Shown here in pieces: positions 32,540 through 49,149 of a DNA stretch of 64,000 nucleotides. The stretch is from contig OZ024740.1 in assembly GCA_964016885.1 (NCBI GenBank), positions 92,132,001-92,196,000 on the forward strand, given 5' to 3'. A program made the position numbers and the translations under genes. Under the pieces are notes generated by a model. That model saw only the letters and a program-made list of their open reading frames with translations, had not been told where the DNA came from and did not search any database. Within the stretch, counting starts at the first letter, position 1, and each line of letters opens with the position of its first letter. This stretch comes from Eledone cirrhosa. Taxonomy: Eukaryota.

Positions 32540-33009
32540 TTTGGGAAAGTTATATTGTCACCAATAAGGTAGAGAATAGTATATTTAGAGAGTTGTCATA
32601 ATGTTGCCACGAGGAACAGTAGAAAGATATTATAGGAATATCGACAACGACTTTAGCTTGTTTTTACATTCTTTATTAACCAAGGTTAAGAAGTGAATTA
32701 GGCTGGCAGGCCAAGAGAAATGAAACAAATCAATTAAGAGAAAATACGGGCGACTGGCTGAAGGCGTTTGGCCAGGCTCGTAGGTAATGTTTTGTCGTTA
32801 CATATTGTTTGTGCTTACGGAGCAAATGAACAAGCGTGTTTTACCTTAGCATGGTCCAGCTGGAAGTGATAGCGTCCTCAAAACTTTGCGGGCTATTTCT
32901 CCCTGAGAACGCGTAGGGATACATCCTCTTCTACTGGCGCTGATTGGCTGAGCTGAGCCAAATCACGCACAGAGAATGTATTTGAGCCCGCGGAATGTAG
33001 GTCACTACA
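32540..33009 (-). mobile_element. Insertion into family A copy, probable solo LTR
   Basis: Absent from the 5340-5380 homolog; minus strand begins tgtagtgacc, has aataaa, ends ttcccaaa; imperfect 4 bp flank repeat. Confidence 0.5.
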
Positions 33010-33351
33010 TTACCATTACTTATTTGTATAGGTAAGTATAGTTTACCTGTATGTTTTGCGAAGGTACATGTACTTTCTCATAGGTATATTTGCTTGAATA
33101 TGTTATGGCGTATATATTATATATACTGGTACATGTGCATATAATTATGCATATACGTGAACTTTTCGACTGTGTGACTATGAGTGTTCGTACGTATGTA
33201 GGGTGTGTGTATATGTGTAATTTGCGTTTTGGTTGACGTGCGTCTGCGTACATATGTGTATTTACAGGTGGTATGTGTGTGAGCGCGTTTATACGTATTT
33301 ATGTGTGTATATTTCTATACGTTTATATAATTATATGTATACACGCACACT

Positions 33352-33392
<41 letters not shown>

Positions 33393-34187
33393 TTTTAATA
33401 TATATTTGTATGTGTATTTGATGTATACGTTCGTATGCGTGCGGCTACAGGCGTTGCGTGGGGTCTTTATGTGCGTGCGATTTTGTATTTCTTTTGTGTA
33501 CGTGCTTGCATTGGCATACCCATTGCGGGGGTTTTCGCGCATGCTTGTCTGTGTACGTATATGGTTGCGTGCATGTATATATTTAATTTCAATTACCTCT
33601 GTAATTTATTTTTTTATTCTTAACTCTGAAGCCGGGAATCATTCGGTTTCCTAATAGAATTTTAGTATACGACTTCAGTTATACCATATACGTGGTTTTG
33701 TCTTTGCGTGTAATTGTTCTCAGCGCTCCACATAATGACGTATCTTCTTCGTTTTTTACTTTCATTGCCAGAGAACGTCTCCACGAACCAACTAATAGAA
33801 TATTAGTGTGCGACTTCATTTATAACATAAACGTGCTTTTGTCTTTGCGTGTAATTGTTTTCACCTCGCCACATTATGACGCATTATCTTTGTCTTTATC
33901 CGTTCTTTGACAGGGAACGTTTCCACGAACCTAAGTATCGTCTTCCTGTCTTCATTCGGTTGCAACCTTTTTTGAAATATTTACTTCTTCGTTCACAGAT
34001 TGATTCTTTTTAGTTTCAGAAGATCCCGTTAAGGGTGGAAGCAGCGATTATTTGCTTAAACGTTAATCTGTTATTTTAATAAATATTTGCTCTACGCTTC
34101 TTATATATTTGATATATATTTATCCTTATCTAGCCCTCTTTGGATTTTAGTCTTCAAAAGTATTATTATTACTATATATATATATAT

Positions 34188-35117
34188 ACTAGACCTGAAA
34201 AATGCGCAAACTCAAAAGAGACACATAATGTTATAATAAACCTTCGAAAGTGTGGGACTAGAGTTGTTGCTCAAAAATAGTGTAATCAATATCCCTCGTA
34301 CACTCTGTGGCATCCTTTTATAAAATAGAGACTCATAACGAACTGAAGATGACACGATAATTATTTAATTGAATTTATCATTTAAAATTCGGTTTAAGTG
34401 CATTTCGTATTAATCATTATTAAACATCTAATATGAGATATTGAGCTAATGAGCTTAATTAATTATCGTGTCGTCTTGAGTTTGTTATGAGTCTCTTTTT
34501 TATCAAAGGATGCCACAGAGTGTACGATAGATAATGATTACAATATTTTTCACAACAATTCTAGTCCCACACTGTTGAAGGTTTATTATAACATTCTGTG
34601 GCTCTTTTCAGCTTGCGCATTTTTCAGGTCTAGTTTAATATTTTTTTTAAGGCAACGCTTGTTATAATTATATTTAAACATGATATATATATTACTAAAA
34701 AATTATCGTTTTAATGTAATTAGATTATATAATTGTTATTTTATAAATGATCTAATAGTTAATATAAATGTAATAGTTAATATAAATTTAAAACATCATA
34801 TATAAATTAACAATATAATTTACCAAAACGAGAAAAATATGTTATGGATAAAACGACGAAATATAGGAGGAAGATTCGAAAGCGAAACGATAAATACGCG
34901 TGCAAACAATGCGGCGGATGCTTTTGAGCAAAACTCTCATTGGTTTATTAGCCAATAAGACGATGAAATTAGCAAATAAGACGATACATTACAAAAGATG
35001 TTTGGCAGGGATCATCACGGCCAGCGAAACCCCTTGAATTTTTTTTCACAAGCTACTCGTGTATCTCAAGACACGCATACTTAAAACATTCTGCTGTTAT
35101 TCACTGTTTGTCTAACA
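34188..35117. mobile_element. Family D copy with internal inverted repeat (34188-34360 / 34460-34633)
   Basis: actagacctg..caggtctagt mirror; remainder matches 28270-28620. Confidence 0.65.
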
Positions 35118-35151
35118 TATATATATATATGTATATACATGTGTGTGGGTA

Positions 35152-35210
<59 letters not shown>

Positions 35211-35216
35211 GTGTGC

Positions 35217-35254
<38 letters not shown>

Positions 35255-37264
35255 GTGTGCGTGCGTGTTTGTGTGCATGTGTGTATGTGTGTCAAGAGCT
35301 TCACTGAGTAGATAAAGTTATAAAAGAGCGCTCTAAATATACTGTAATAAATAATTATTCAATACAATTTCAGGACAATACACGCTAGCCTATGTCAGAG
35401 AGACGCCCATCGCTGCTGTTTCTTATATTTCACTCAATACCAAGATGAACTACGATATTTCATACAATGCGATGTTTAGCTACTCCTCTTAAGATAATAT
35501 CTAGACAATGAAATAATTAAAAATGGAAGTAGACCCATAAAAATTGTCCAATAATTCAGAATGTGTATTTAATTAGAAGTGTCTATACAACAACTACAAC
35601 GGTGGGGCCCACTTGTAATTTCCCTTGTTATTTCAGAATCTCTACCAGTTGTTCTCAAATAAGATCTTATAAACCAAAGACCGTTGACTACACTACAAAA
35701 TGTGTTCCAGATGAAGTATATGTCATTATCATCTAATGATATCAAGAGGAAAACAAATCTGCACTCACAACGTAGGGGGACTTTAATTTACAATACCATG
35801 TAGTAGGGTGTCGTCGATATCAAATGTACAAAATTTCCGAATTTCAATAAAGTATTATATCAGGGGTATCTTTATAATGCTGAACACTCCACCATTCAGG
35901 AATTTTGTGGTGATCTATGTACTGCAGCTGACTTGAATATAGATCAGCAGATAAATACCACTCACCTTTTGCTACCAGAGAAAAAGCGTAATTATATACA
36001 ACTTCAAAAAATGGTCATGTACATCCGAGAAAATATTATTCTTATCCGGTTCTCGAAACTTTTGATGAGTAAAGTCCACACTCTCGAGCCAACTAGCACA
36101 CCATAACATTATGAAACCCACAATATCAGACTACCAACATGTCTTCAATTAAATTAATTGAATATTCAGCCCGCCTCAGACATGTACATACAGCAGAAGA
36201 TTGAGTCAACCACGTAGATGTGCGTCCATCAACAGATGCCTGATGGTTTTGAGTCGATTACATCTCAACTATAATAAAGCAAGGTCTGTTGACTGCGTAC
36301 GGTTTATTTATGTTAATCCAGTTAGTAAAATGAGTTGGATTACTTTGAATAAATAATGAATGGATATTACATAATGTATGTACTATATTTTGTAAACATA
36401 ATAACATCGTAAAAATAAAAAAAAACTACCATATATAGAGAAAGAGAGAATGTGTGATGAGAATTATAGAGAGATTATGATTTTCTACAAGCTGACGCGT
36501 ATGGGTGTGCACATACATACATCTATATGTATGAGTATATAACTATTATGAGTATATAACTACAATCGCGCCAACACAAACTTATAAAAATACACTCTCA
36601 CTGACATAATTCGCACAAATACACATATATTCACACATACTTCCACACAAACATACATACATTCACACATATACATTTACACAAACACACATATACAGTC
36701 ATGATAGCGTTTGCTGAATTGGAGATGGGAGGGTAAAGCAAGTATAACGTTTTATTTATTTATTAATTCTTTATTTATTTATTAACTCTTTATTTATTTA
36801 TTAACCCTTTTTTTTTAAAATCATTTAATATAATGGTTATAGAACGAGAACACTAACAAATATAATGTATACAAAGGAAAGGGAAAGGAAAAAAAAGAAA
36901 GAGAAAAATAGACAAGCAGGTGATACACACATCTTATGCCACAGAACAATATGCAGGCGAAATAGTGGAAAAGAGGCGCTACCAGAGCAAAAGATAGCAA
37001 TATATCGAGGAGCACTGGGAAACCTCTCACATAATTTTTGAGGCAAGCCAGCACGCTCGCAGCGTTACGTGGGGTGATGGCGAGGCTGAGTTGCTGGAAC
37101 AACCATGTGCCCTCATGAGGATCACCAGTTATATCTGTTTGGCGAGCCGTCAGGGAAGATAACCTCGATGTCAGTAGCCCGACTCACCGAAACGTAACGA
37201 ACGCCACAGGCTGAATAATGTAGTTAGCTGATAGAACACAGTATTTTTAGGATTTTGTTCTGTT

Positions 37265-37425
37265 AAGCTGCGGATGCTGTAGCTCTTGCCTTTACCGGTG
37301 CATCCAGTATGTGGGAAGAAGCAAAAGAGTCACTAACTGTGATGTCCCAGGTGAGGCACCTGCCTCTTGACCAGGAACACAGAGTAAGACCGTCAAGTAT
37401 TTTCCCATCAATTTGGGACAACCCA
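37265..37425 (-). pseudogene. Fragment of restriction-like endonuclease of a CRE-like non-LTR retrotransposon
   Basis: DGKILDGLTLCSWSRGRCLTWDITVSDSFASSH resembles the DGKRPDG..PW..G..L.WD.T motif. Confidence 0.65.
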
Positions 37426-37639
37426 GACGTTTCCAAAATTGAGAGGACGTTTGCCAAAATTTGTGAGTGGTAATAGGACACTATGTGTATGTACGCGCGC
37501 GTGAATGTGTCGGCGTTCTTACATTAGAGACATGTGTGTGTGCATTACTGTTTTTAAGTTAGAGATATATATGTGTGTATCCTTCTTTTTACACACACAT
37601 ACATTCACACAAACACACATACACATTGCCTAATGGACA

Positions 37640-37782
37640 GGTGGACAGAAGTCCCTCAAATGTATATACATGTGAATGGAGTTCTACTGAATCAGTCAGA
37701 GAAGATAAAGTATGATGAAGCCGTGTTAATGAGTGATGGAATGCAGGAGGCTGAATTAAGTGCAAGAATTGCAAAAGTTGAT
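37640..37782 (+). pseudogene. LINE (RTE-like) RT C-terminal fragment
   Basis: IHVNGVLLNQSEKIKY..MSDGMQEAELSARIAK. Confidence 0.5.
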
Positions 37783-38171
37783 ACAGTTAAGCGCCAGCCT
37801 CAGCATTCAGCAATCATATTAAGAAGGGGGGTGTAGGTGTAAGAACCAAACTTGGTGTCTTCCTGGTTGCTGCCTTCTTGGTTGCAGTTGCTGATAATCA
37901 ACAACTCACCATCGCCTAAATCAACCATTTGAGGCCTTTCACATCTTGACAATACTAATCACTTATATCTTCGTTTAATATTCAATTCATCTGCTGAGAT
38001 AGACATGTTTAGCTCTTGAAATCACTGGTAAAGTGGAATTCAGTCAACCTCTTACAGTAGTTATTCTCAACAGCCACGCTATAGTGAATTAAACTATTTT
38101 TTGTCATTTTTACTAAAACCTATATTCATACGTACATACATACGCACACAGACACACACACGCACGCACAC

Positions 38172-38231
<60 letters not shown>

Positions 38232-38232
38232 A

Positions 38233-38263
<31 letters not shown>

Positions 38264-38654
38264 ATGCGTGTGTGTGTCACTCTGTGTCTCTGTGTATGTG
38301 TATATTGTATGTTTGTATGTTTGTATGTATGTATATATTCATGTACAACCTGTCAAAGGTCAAAGGGCAAAGGAGCTCTTAAGAGTCAATGGCCATCCAA
38401 AATCACCGGGAGAGATGACCCCTTAGCCTTTGTCAAGGCAGAATTCTGGGAGAAGGAAAACTCTGATATAACACCTGCAACCCTGATGGTATCCAATGAT
38501 GTTGACGTGTTCTTCTTTTTGGTAAATATCATCTTGGTTAAGAGAGTGGGACTGGCTTTGAGCAGTGCCTTTGCTCACTATAAAAGCTTCACGGCACGGG
38601 CATTGCTTTATATCTGGAGATCTATCTGCACTTGTCGTCACATGGTACCATAGG

Positions 38655-38818
38655 CCCAGCACTATGTGTCAATAATTGTCACAAGTGTAGTGTTTGTACC
38701 AGAGTTTTCAAGTCACTGGCTGGACTAAAAAGTCACACTCGTTCAGCACATCGGTAGGGGTTCTCCTACATGGATATAAAGTAGTGGCCGTACTCGAAAA
38801 CGAGTTGGCAGCCACCAT
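38655..38818 (+). mobile_element. RTE-type LINE 3' end with terminal C2H2 finger
   Basis: HKCSVCTRVFKSLAGLKSHTRSAHR* followed by ctcg..cgag hairpin. Confidence 0.65.
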
Positions 38819-38982
38819 TCATGTATGTATATAGTGAATATGTAGACTCCAACATTGAACCCGATCTTTTAAACTTCATTTGCACATAGATGTTTTTTTA
38901 GAAATAATTATATATATATATATATACAAATGTTTGTATTTGTGTGTGTGGGGGTGTGTGTGTGCGTGTGTGCGTGTGTGAG

Positions 38983-39030
<48 letters not shown>

Positions 39031-39517
39031 TGTGTGTGTGTATGCGCGCGTGCGCGCGTCTGTGTATGACAGTCTTTATACATTTCGCAAATATACATAA
39101 ATTGGAGGCGTGCTAGAATTTTTTCCACGATAATACAAGTTCCTCAAGAGACGCTACCATATAAGCTGTCAATTAGCGTTTCCTAACTTTCCACCGGCTT
39201 TATTATTATGATGTATTGCTGCAATGGAATCTTCTACTCGGCTGTCAGCACTGCCACAGACACATAATTTATAACAGTGACTCAATTTTTAATGTTTCTT
39301 TAGACATTGCTTTCACCTGAGCTACATGAAGGTATTTCTATAATATTTGTCACTTTGCGTTATGAAGTTTATTCCTAACCATATGAAAAACTAAGTTTAC
39401 AAATAAGCATTCATACGAAAACATACAAATGTACACACCTACACACAAAGACATATATGAAATCATGTAAACACACATACATAGACACGCACACACTCAG
39501 ATGTTTGTATTTATTTA

Positions 39518-39640
<123 letters not shown>

Positions 39641-39709
39641 ATATATTTATATATTTATATATATATATATTTATATATATATATATATATATATTTATTT
39701 ATATATATA

Positions 39710-39822
<113 letters not shown>

Positions 39823-40032
39823 AATGATGGCTGCGCGTTGCAAATGGTGGTGCATATGAAAAAGTAAGTCCTTCATCAGTGGCCCTCGAACCATCCCAGG
39901 CATTTCAGCGCTTTAAGGGCCATATACCTCAGGTTGGTGCAAACAACGGCTAAAAAAAGTCGTTGGGACACGTAAATAAAGGGGACGTTAGGGTAACAAA
40001 CAAAATGGTTTAAGCAACGGAAAGTGAGAATA

Positions 40033-40106
<74 letters not shown>

Positions 40107-40884
40107 CACATATGAACGGAGTGAAAATATGAGAGGTGCTTATACATGAATCATTGTAAATATACATGAACCTACATATGGATGTGTATGTATGTTTCTG
40201 TGATCGTGTATTATTTTGTATTTGTTTAAATTGTTTATGTTTATATTAACCCTAGTATGAACACAAGTATATCCTATTATTGGTGTATGGAATACTTTCC
40301 GTTGCTCATGTTTATGAATCTTAATAAATTTAAAATGTTGAGTCAGAGTGTTTCCACAAATGGATCTCAATAGAATAAAAACCCATCGGCTTGATATGCA
40401 AAATAATTTCACTATACATAACCCAACGAGCGTTTCAGTCTCCACTGTGATTTCGTCTAGCAAAGAAATGCATATATCTATAAACCCATTTATTTGGTGA
40501 AATTTTGATATAGGAATCATGGAGCCAAAATGTACCCGGATCATTTGCGGCATGTAGAGTGGAGAGTTTATATATAAGAACTGATATGGAAATAATTTAG
40601 TATGTCAAATAATGCTGACCCTACTGACCATCCACATTTTAAACTCAAGCGAGTAAATGACTTGAATACGATCCTTTTTACGATAGATATCTGCGAGCTC
40701 TTCATCTACGACCATATATTAATATATGTATAGTATATACATCTCCAGATGGGTTAACCAGAAAAAATTTAAAACTTAGTGGATGATCAGAGTGATAATA
40801 TGTGTTACAAAATATCATATCATTGATAATTACATAAACACCCACTCACAAAACTGAGCGATACATCAACAAGTTACCTCACTA

Positions 40885-41220
40885 ATAATGGTTTCTGATT
40901 TATGCACATGGCTAATAATCTTTGAGAAAGGGGAAGGTCGAGGGCAGTACTTTTACTTTATTTTCTCGAACACGAAAGGATGAAACGCGAAGCAAAGATT
41001 AAGAGGGATTTGAACTCAGAATTTAAAGCACACATGTGTTATCCGGTGCTATATCGATATAGCCAATCCGCCAGTCGTGTGAACAATGATGGTTTCTGAA
41101 GTAGGCGCAAGGTCAGCAATTGCTTGCATTACTGGTACTTCAAGTGACAAAGAACATAATTGAACTCAGAACATACAGCGCAAATTGTACTGTCTGATAC
41201 TCTATCGATACAGCCAGGTT
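40885..41220 (-). mobile_element. Two decayed SINE copies
   Basis: aaggatgaaa, gggatttgaactcag (B box reversed), gccaatccgcc; second ttgaactcagaa at ~41161. Confidence 0.6.
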
Positions 41221-41397
41221 ATTTCACTGAGTATGAAACCGAATCCAAACGTAATTTGTGCGTGTGATATATAATAGCAGTATGCTTATCTACACAATGT
41301 ATATATGTTGATTATATATATATATAAAATATTAAAAAAATAATGAATAAAACAATGAAATCAACACTACCGTAAACTTTTGGTAGATTTATCTATA

Positions 41398-41579
<182 letters not shown>

Positions 41580-41713
41580 CATATATATACATATATATAC
41601 ATATATATATATATATATACATATATATAAATATATATATATATATACATATATATATACATATATATATATATATAGATATACATATATAAATATATAT
41701 ATATATACATATG

Positions 41714-42920
<1,207 letters not shown>

Positions 42921-42999
42921 GTATATATATGATCATTCGGCATGCCGCCACCTGTGGACGCAATGGATTTGCACATTAATACATACATACACACACACG

Positions 43000-43063
<64 letters not shown>

Positions 43064-43087
43064 CGTGTGCGTGTGTGTATGTACATG

Positions 43088-43167
43088 TACAAGGTGTTCC
43101 AGAACATGTATTTACGCTCCAACAGCATTGTAATAAAAATGTATATACTTTTTTGTACACCCTTTAT
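43088..43167. mobile_element. Tc1/mariner-type mini-MITE
   Basis: TA-caaggtgttcca ... tgtacaccctt-TA. Confidence 0.5.
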
Positions 43168-44032
43168 ATATATAGAGAGAGAAATTGATAAATAGATAGA
43201 TATATTTCTTTTATTTGCCACTAGGGCATCAAAAGTGGGACAAGTACAAAGGGGGGAGTTTACACAAAAAGGCGTCCTCAATAAGGAGGCAATAACAAAA
43301 TATAAAAATAAAATAAGATAATTGATAAATAGATAGATAAATAAAATTGATAAATAGATAGATAGATAGATAGATAGATAGATGAAACAAATAATACCGC
43401 ACATGGCAAATCAATGCACAGACGCTTATCTTTAGTCAACTCATGGACGTCCTCAGTTTTGTAACATTACAGTAGTGAATATTTATTCCCCTGGACTTAA
43501 GGCGTTAACAGAACATAATATTGGGGTATGAGACAAAACTTAACTTACGACGATTTACACAAAATCAACCTTTAAAACTACTGCAATCCAAAAAGCGTTG
43601 AAAGAGAAGGAAATGATGAAAACACAGGGTGTAATAGCTATGAATGTTTTGACTACGAGTGCGTGGGTTTTTATGTAGTTAGTGGTTTTATATTTGTGTT
43701 TTAGATTTGTGTTTGAACGGGTATGTTTAGGTACGTGTGCGTGTGTGTGCGTGCGTCTGTATGTATGTGTGTGTCAATGGACCCGTGTGTTTATACATAT
43801 ATTGCTATCTGAATTTGTAACCTCTACCTACAACCACTCCCAATGATCCCCTTCTCCACTTTCAGTTAAATTATTATGTATTTCTGAGATTATTCCCTAA
43901 TTGACCAAACATCATAGAACCTTTCTCTGGGCTAGCCAAGGCCACGTAACCTGAATAACTGACCCAATTCAGGATATTCACCTGAAATAATTTTATCTTT
44001 TTCTACTTTTTTCTCAGCTTATATACCTTTAT

Positions 44033-44086
<54 letters not shown>

Positions 44087-45809
44087 ACACACACACACAC
44101 ACACAGAGACACGCACGCACGCACGCACACACGCGCACACGCGCGTGCACAAATAAAGTGAATATGAGACGGAATTAATAATAGGAAACTCTCAGACAAC
44201 AAATGCAATCCGTGAGATGAATATAAATGGGAAAATACTTAAATAACCAAACAAGAAAAGCAATCGGAAAGTCTAAGCCCCGACGATAAAATTGCAATAG
44301 TTTTACACTCTTAAATATAACAATATAAGTAGTAATGAAACTACCACTACGTAGGTGAAAACAGTTAATGTTTGCTCCAGCTATCATTGTTAGTGGTGAA
44401 TGTAAGTACTGTGCAAGTTCTTCGCAATTAGGAATATCATAAACAGGTAAGAGCAATGGTAATGACGCACATATACAAACACATTTTATTTGTTCAATAC
44501 TTACTTAAGAGATACACCGGGAAAAGTTTGTAAAAGATACACATGTACACAAACGACAGTGCGTGATATTCTAATGAAGATTGTCGTATTCTAGACACGG
44601 TAAGATGCGCCGAGTTTACGTTTTCTTAATGTTGGTATCACGATGTGTGTCGTGGAAGGGTAATGTGTGGGGTGTGTTTTCAAATCTTTCACTGCAAAAT
44701 ATATTCAGAAGTGATATGAGCATAATGTTAATTTTTCTTGATTCGACAAAATCTACAATACTATTAATAGCGCATTTTTATTGAAAATACTCTGTAAAGT
44801 ATGTCATACATATCACTTTGTATCGATGAGTAAATCATTTTATCATGAGCAGCCAACGTCAATTTGAATATGGCGTGATCTATACTTGTAAAAATAATGT
44901 CTAAATTGGATGGCAACTTTTCCTCAATCGATACTCGTTGTATTTTGATGCTATTCAAAACTATTTAGTTGATGTTCATTGCTCGTATGGGATATATGGT
45001 GTCATGATATCTTTTACATGATATTTTATATACAGCCATGGCAACTTAAGTGGAAGTACTGATGACGATTTGCAGATACTCATGGTGTACATTTTACATT
45101 ATGTAGGTATTACTAAACAAAGAATGGTAGCTCGGTTCTATAGTTGGATGGATTCGGATCTGCATATATTTATCATTCTCATTCACTACATATACTTTGA
45201 CCAATTCAGAATTCTCCATTCAATCTCGGAAATGTTATAGATTTACTCTGATCTGAAAGATTCCTCTCTAAAGGACTAATACCAACGAAATGTTTATTGT
45301 CATAGCTAATTGTTTCACACGTAAACCACAATGTTTCCCTGAAAAAAAAAACGTATGTGCAAGCATAGATACACTTACATCCAATTAATTTCGAACATGA
45401 CCCTCTGATGAGTTAATATTCAGCTTATCGACATTATTCACATTCAATTCGAGCAATCAAACTTTGTTTCCATTTTTGTTATTGCTTACTAATTACAAAT
45501 ACAAAATCCATTATATTTTGAGCTGTCATTAATATATCACACTTTTTTCCGTTTCCACAAATTTCTATAAGTGATCGATCAAATTTGATTGAAGTCATAC
45601 ATTGAATATTTTCCATTCAAATATTCATAAGAATTCAGTTACATGACTACAGATGTTTTCAACGGAAAAAAATATTGTGCTTCACATTGATCATTCTGTC
45701 GTTCGGAATGTCAATTTTATACACACTTGCAAAATATTCATTTCCATTTGCCACAAATTACTTTATTCAGAATCATATCGGCTGGAAGGAAATAAGATGT
45801 CAGAAATGC

Positions 45810-45860
<51 letters not shown>

Positions 45861-45917
45861 AAAGAATAGAGGTGTAACACACGAGTTGTGATATATTAGT
45901 AAAAGGAAATGAAAATG

Positions 45918-46166
45918 CTGACAAATGTTTCCCAGTGATAAATAGTTTAATTAGGAATAAGTAAAAATTAGTAATAAGTATTGGTTAGTATTCAGTTTTA
46001 GTTTTAAGTTTTTACCGGTTGCGCATTTCTAATGCTTTTCAAAAATAATTTTGCGATAGAGCGCCCGTGATGTTTGCTCTAATCAGATTAGAATACTAAC
46101 CAATACTTATTACTAATTTTTACTTATTCCTAATTAAAATATTTTTCACTGGGAAAAGTTTGTCAC
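45918..46166. repeat. ~75 bp inverted repeat abutting the LINE 5' truncation
   Basis: 45918-45993 mirrors 46091-46166. Confidence 0.8.
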
Positions 46167-46177
46167 CATTTCTATAG

Positions 46178-49067
46178 AGTGACGCCTTTTCTAGAGTCCA
46201 TGGAGGCCATGAGGTTGGCACAAGAAATAAAGAAGGATTCAGGCTTCTAGAATTCTGCGACGCCAATGACTTGTGGATATGTAACACAGACTTCAAAAAA
46301 CCCGACAACCACCTGATCACCTATAGGTCAGGGGAGCATTCTAGTCAGATAGATTTTATCCTCATCTGAGGACGTGACAGATGGATGGTTGTAAACACAA
46401 AATCCTTCCCTAGTGAGGAATGTACCACCCAACATAGCTTAGTTGTCAGCGACCACACGGTCAGGACTAGACGAACCTGGAAACTGAAGCCAACCTGGAG
46501 AAGAAAGATCTGGAAGCTGAATGACCCAGAAGCCAGAAACAGATTTAAAGATATTTCAATCAACGATCATGAGACTAAAGAAGAACAGATATAGACATTC
46601 AATGTAGAAGAGCACTGGGAGTTCCTAAAAAATAATTTACTAAAGGCGACGGATGAGATCTGTGGCTGGAGTAAGCCTACAGGCAGGAGAAGAGTGACTT
46701 GGTGGTGGAATAATAAGGTAGATGAGGCAGTTAAGGCTAAGAGACAGGCATGCGAAGAATGGAAGAATGGGGGAAGCAGGGTAAATTACATAGATACCAG
46801 GAGGGAAGCTAAGCTACAAGTATACTTAGCTAGGAGGGAAGCAGAGGATAGAAAATGGAAGCATGTTTTGCAACGTGAAGACCAGAAAGAGGAGTTGTTC
46901 AAGAATGCGCGGCAGTGTGTCAGATAGAATGTGATGTCCTTTGAGAGAAGTGCATCCGGAATGATAAAGGTGAGCTTGCCCTTACAAGTGCTGAGAAGAA
47001 AGATCCGTGGAAGGGCCGTTATGATAGATTACTAAATGCAGCGAAAGCATGGGAAGAAGAGACCCTATCCCAAGTAGACCCTATAGAGGGGCCAGCAGTA
47101 CAAGTCAGCAGCGGCGTAGTAAGTAAGACAATCAAAGATATGAAGACGGAGAAGGCAACCGGTCCATCGGGTATAACTGCCGAGATACTGAAGGTATCTG
47201 GGTCGGTAGGTCACACCATAACCACGCGTATTGTTGTTAACCAGGTAATACTAGAAGGTGTCATACCAAAGGATTGGTGCAGTAGCATCATTGTCAACTG
47301 CTATAAAGGTATAGGTGATGCACGAGATGGAGGAAACTATAGAGGTATGAAGCTGATGGACCAGGTCATGAAAGTAACAGAAAGAGTTATGGCACAGTTG
47401 ATTAGGGACCGGGTTAAAATAGATGAGATGCAATTTGGGTTTGTGCCAGGAAGACTCACCACTGATGCTCTCTTCCTTGCGAGGCAGTTACAGGAAAAGT
47501 AGCTAGCTAAAAAGTAAGCCACTCTACCTGGCATTCGTCGATCTCGAGAAAGCCTTTGACAGAGTTCCCCGTGCTATAATCTGGTGGGCTCTTACACAAC
47601 TAGGAGTAGATGAATGGCTTGTGAAAGCTGTACAAGCCATGTATAGGGGAGCAGTCAGCAAAGTTACGGTTAGCAATGATTACAGCGAGGAATTTAGCGT
47701 ACAGGTCGGTGTCCACCAGGGCTCTGTTCTTAGCCCTCTCATGTTCATCATAGTCCTGCAGGCAATAACGGAGGAGTTTAAGGCGGGATGCCCATGGAAC
47801 TCATGTATCCAGATGAACTCTCACTTATAGCTTATTCTATGGTAGAATGAGAGAAGAAATTCCAAACTTGGAAGCGGGGACTAGAAAGAAAAGGTCTCAA
47901 AGTCAACCTGGCAAAGACTAAGGTCCTTGTAAGTAGACGAGAAAACAGAACCCAGATCCCCTCAGGGAAATGACCTTGCTCAGTATTTAGGAAAGTTGTA
48001 GGTAGGAACTCCATTCTCTGCCCCAAATGCAAACAATGGGTACATAAGAGATGTAGCGGGATCTCAGAAAGCTTAACTAAGAAAGTAAGCTTCACATTTA
48101 GCAGCTGTGCTGGGACGGCAAGCAGCAAACAGCCACAGAAAACACGTACCACCAAACTTTGGGAGGGCTTTGTAGTAACAGTAGACAGCTTCTGCTACCT
48201 AGGTTACCGAATTAGCAGCAGAAAGTACAATAACTATGGTAAGAACGGGATGGAATAATTTCAGGGAGCTACTGCCACTGCTAGCTGAAAACGGCTTTTC
48301 CCTCAAAATGAAAGGCAGACTCTATGATGCGTGTATACGAACAGCAATGTTACATGGTAGTGAGACCTGGGCGCTGTCTGTGGAAGACTTGCGTAGATTA
48401 GAAAGAAACGAAGCCTGCATGCTCCGATTGATGTGTAATAGTAATATACGCGAGCGGCAAAGCATAAATGAATTGAGAGAGAGACTGAGCATAAGAGGAA
48501 TCAAATGATGTGTGCAGGAGAGGCTATTGCGTTGGTATGGACATGTGATGCGTATGAAGCTTGACAGCTGCATAAAAATGTGTAGAGCAGTAGAAGTCAA
48601 TGAAAACGGCGGAGAGGGGAGACTCAAGAAGATCTGGGATAAGGTAATAAAAGCCGACCTTACCCAATTACACCTATCAAAGGAGATGACACACGACCGT
48701 AACCTCTGGCGTCATACAGTAATACATAAGACCCGACCCGTCACGGGTACAAGCCGAAGCTGAAGCATATACACAAAATTCCCCCACAACCTTCCACTGC
48801 AAAGTCGTCGTGGAGATGCCACGGCAAGAAGGTAACCAGCCCAAACTGTAAAGTGGTCGTGTAGGCGCCACGGAAACAAGCACCCAGCACTCACTCTACA
48901 TGAGGTTGGTGTTAGGAAGGGCATCCAGCAGCAGAAATCAAGCCAAAATCAGTTCCCGTATGAGCAAGACAAGGTGAGCCGACCGGACACTGCCCACAGC
49001 AGGAAAACCCGTCTAACCCATGCTAGCGTGGAAAACGTAAAACGGTGATGAAGATGATGAGGATGAT

Positions 49068-49070
<3 letters not shown>
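46178..49070 (+). mobile_element. RTE-clade LINE, 5'-truncated, multiple stops and frameshifts
   Basis: APE end (RNKEG.RLLEFC..TYRSG..SQIDFIL), RT (NYRGMKL, QFGFVPG, AFVDLEKAFDRVP, GVHQGSVLSPL), RWYGHVMRM, (GAT)n tail. Confidence 0.93.
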
Positions 49071-49101
<31 letters not shown>

Positions 49102-49149
49102 CATCCCGAGCTGAAGATCCGCGAAGATGAAACAATTGTTCTCGGTATG
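49102..49149 (+). ncRNA. Hammerhead in 140 bp TA-flanked fragment
   Basis: catcccgag-CTGAAGA-tccgcgaagat-GAAA-caattg-TT-ctcggtatg. Confidence 0.75.

Larger units (their letters stand above)
31375..34173 (+). mobile_element. PLE family A, internally deleted copy with inverted 5' terminal fragment; HHR motifs 31391-31431 (-), 34012-34061 (+)
   Basis: 31375-31600 mirrors the 3' end; ORF remnant followed by the same 3' region as 4490-5400. Confidence 0.88.

Noticed and set aside
36960-37215. GC-richer island with gaaacgta, possible structured RNA
   Set aside because: No second copy, core motif or coherent fold identified
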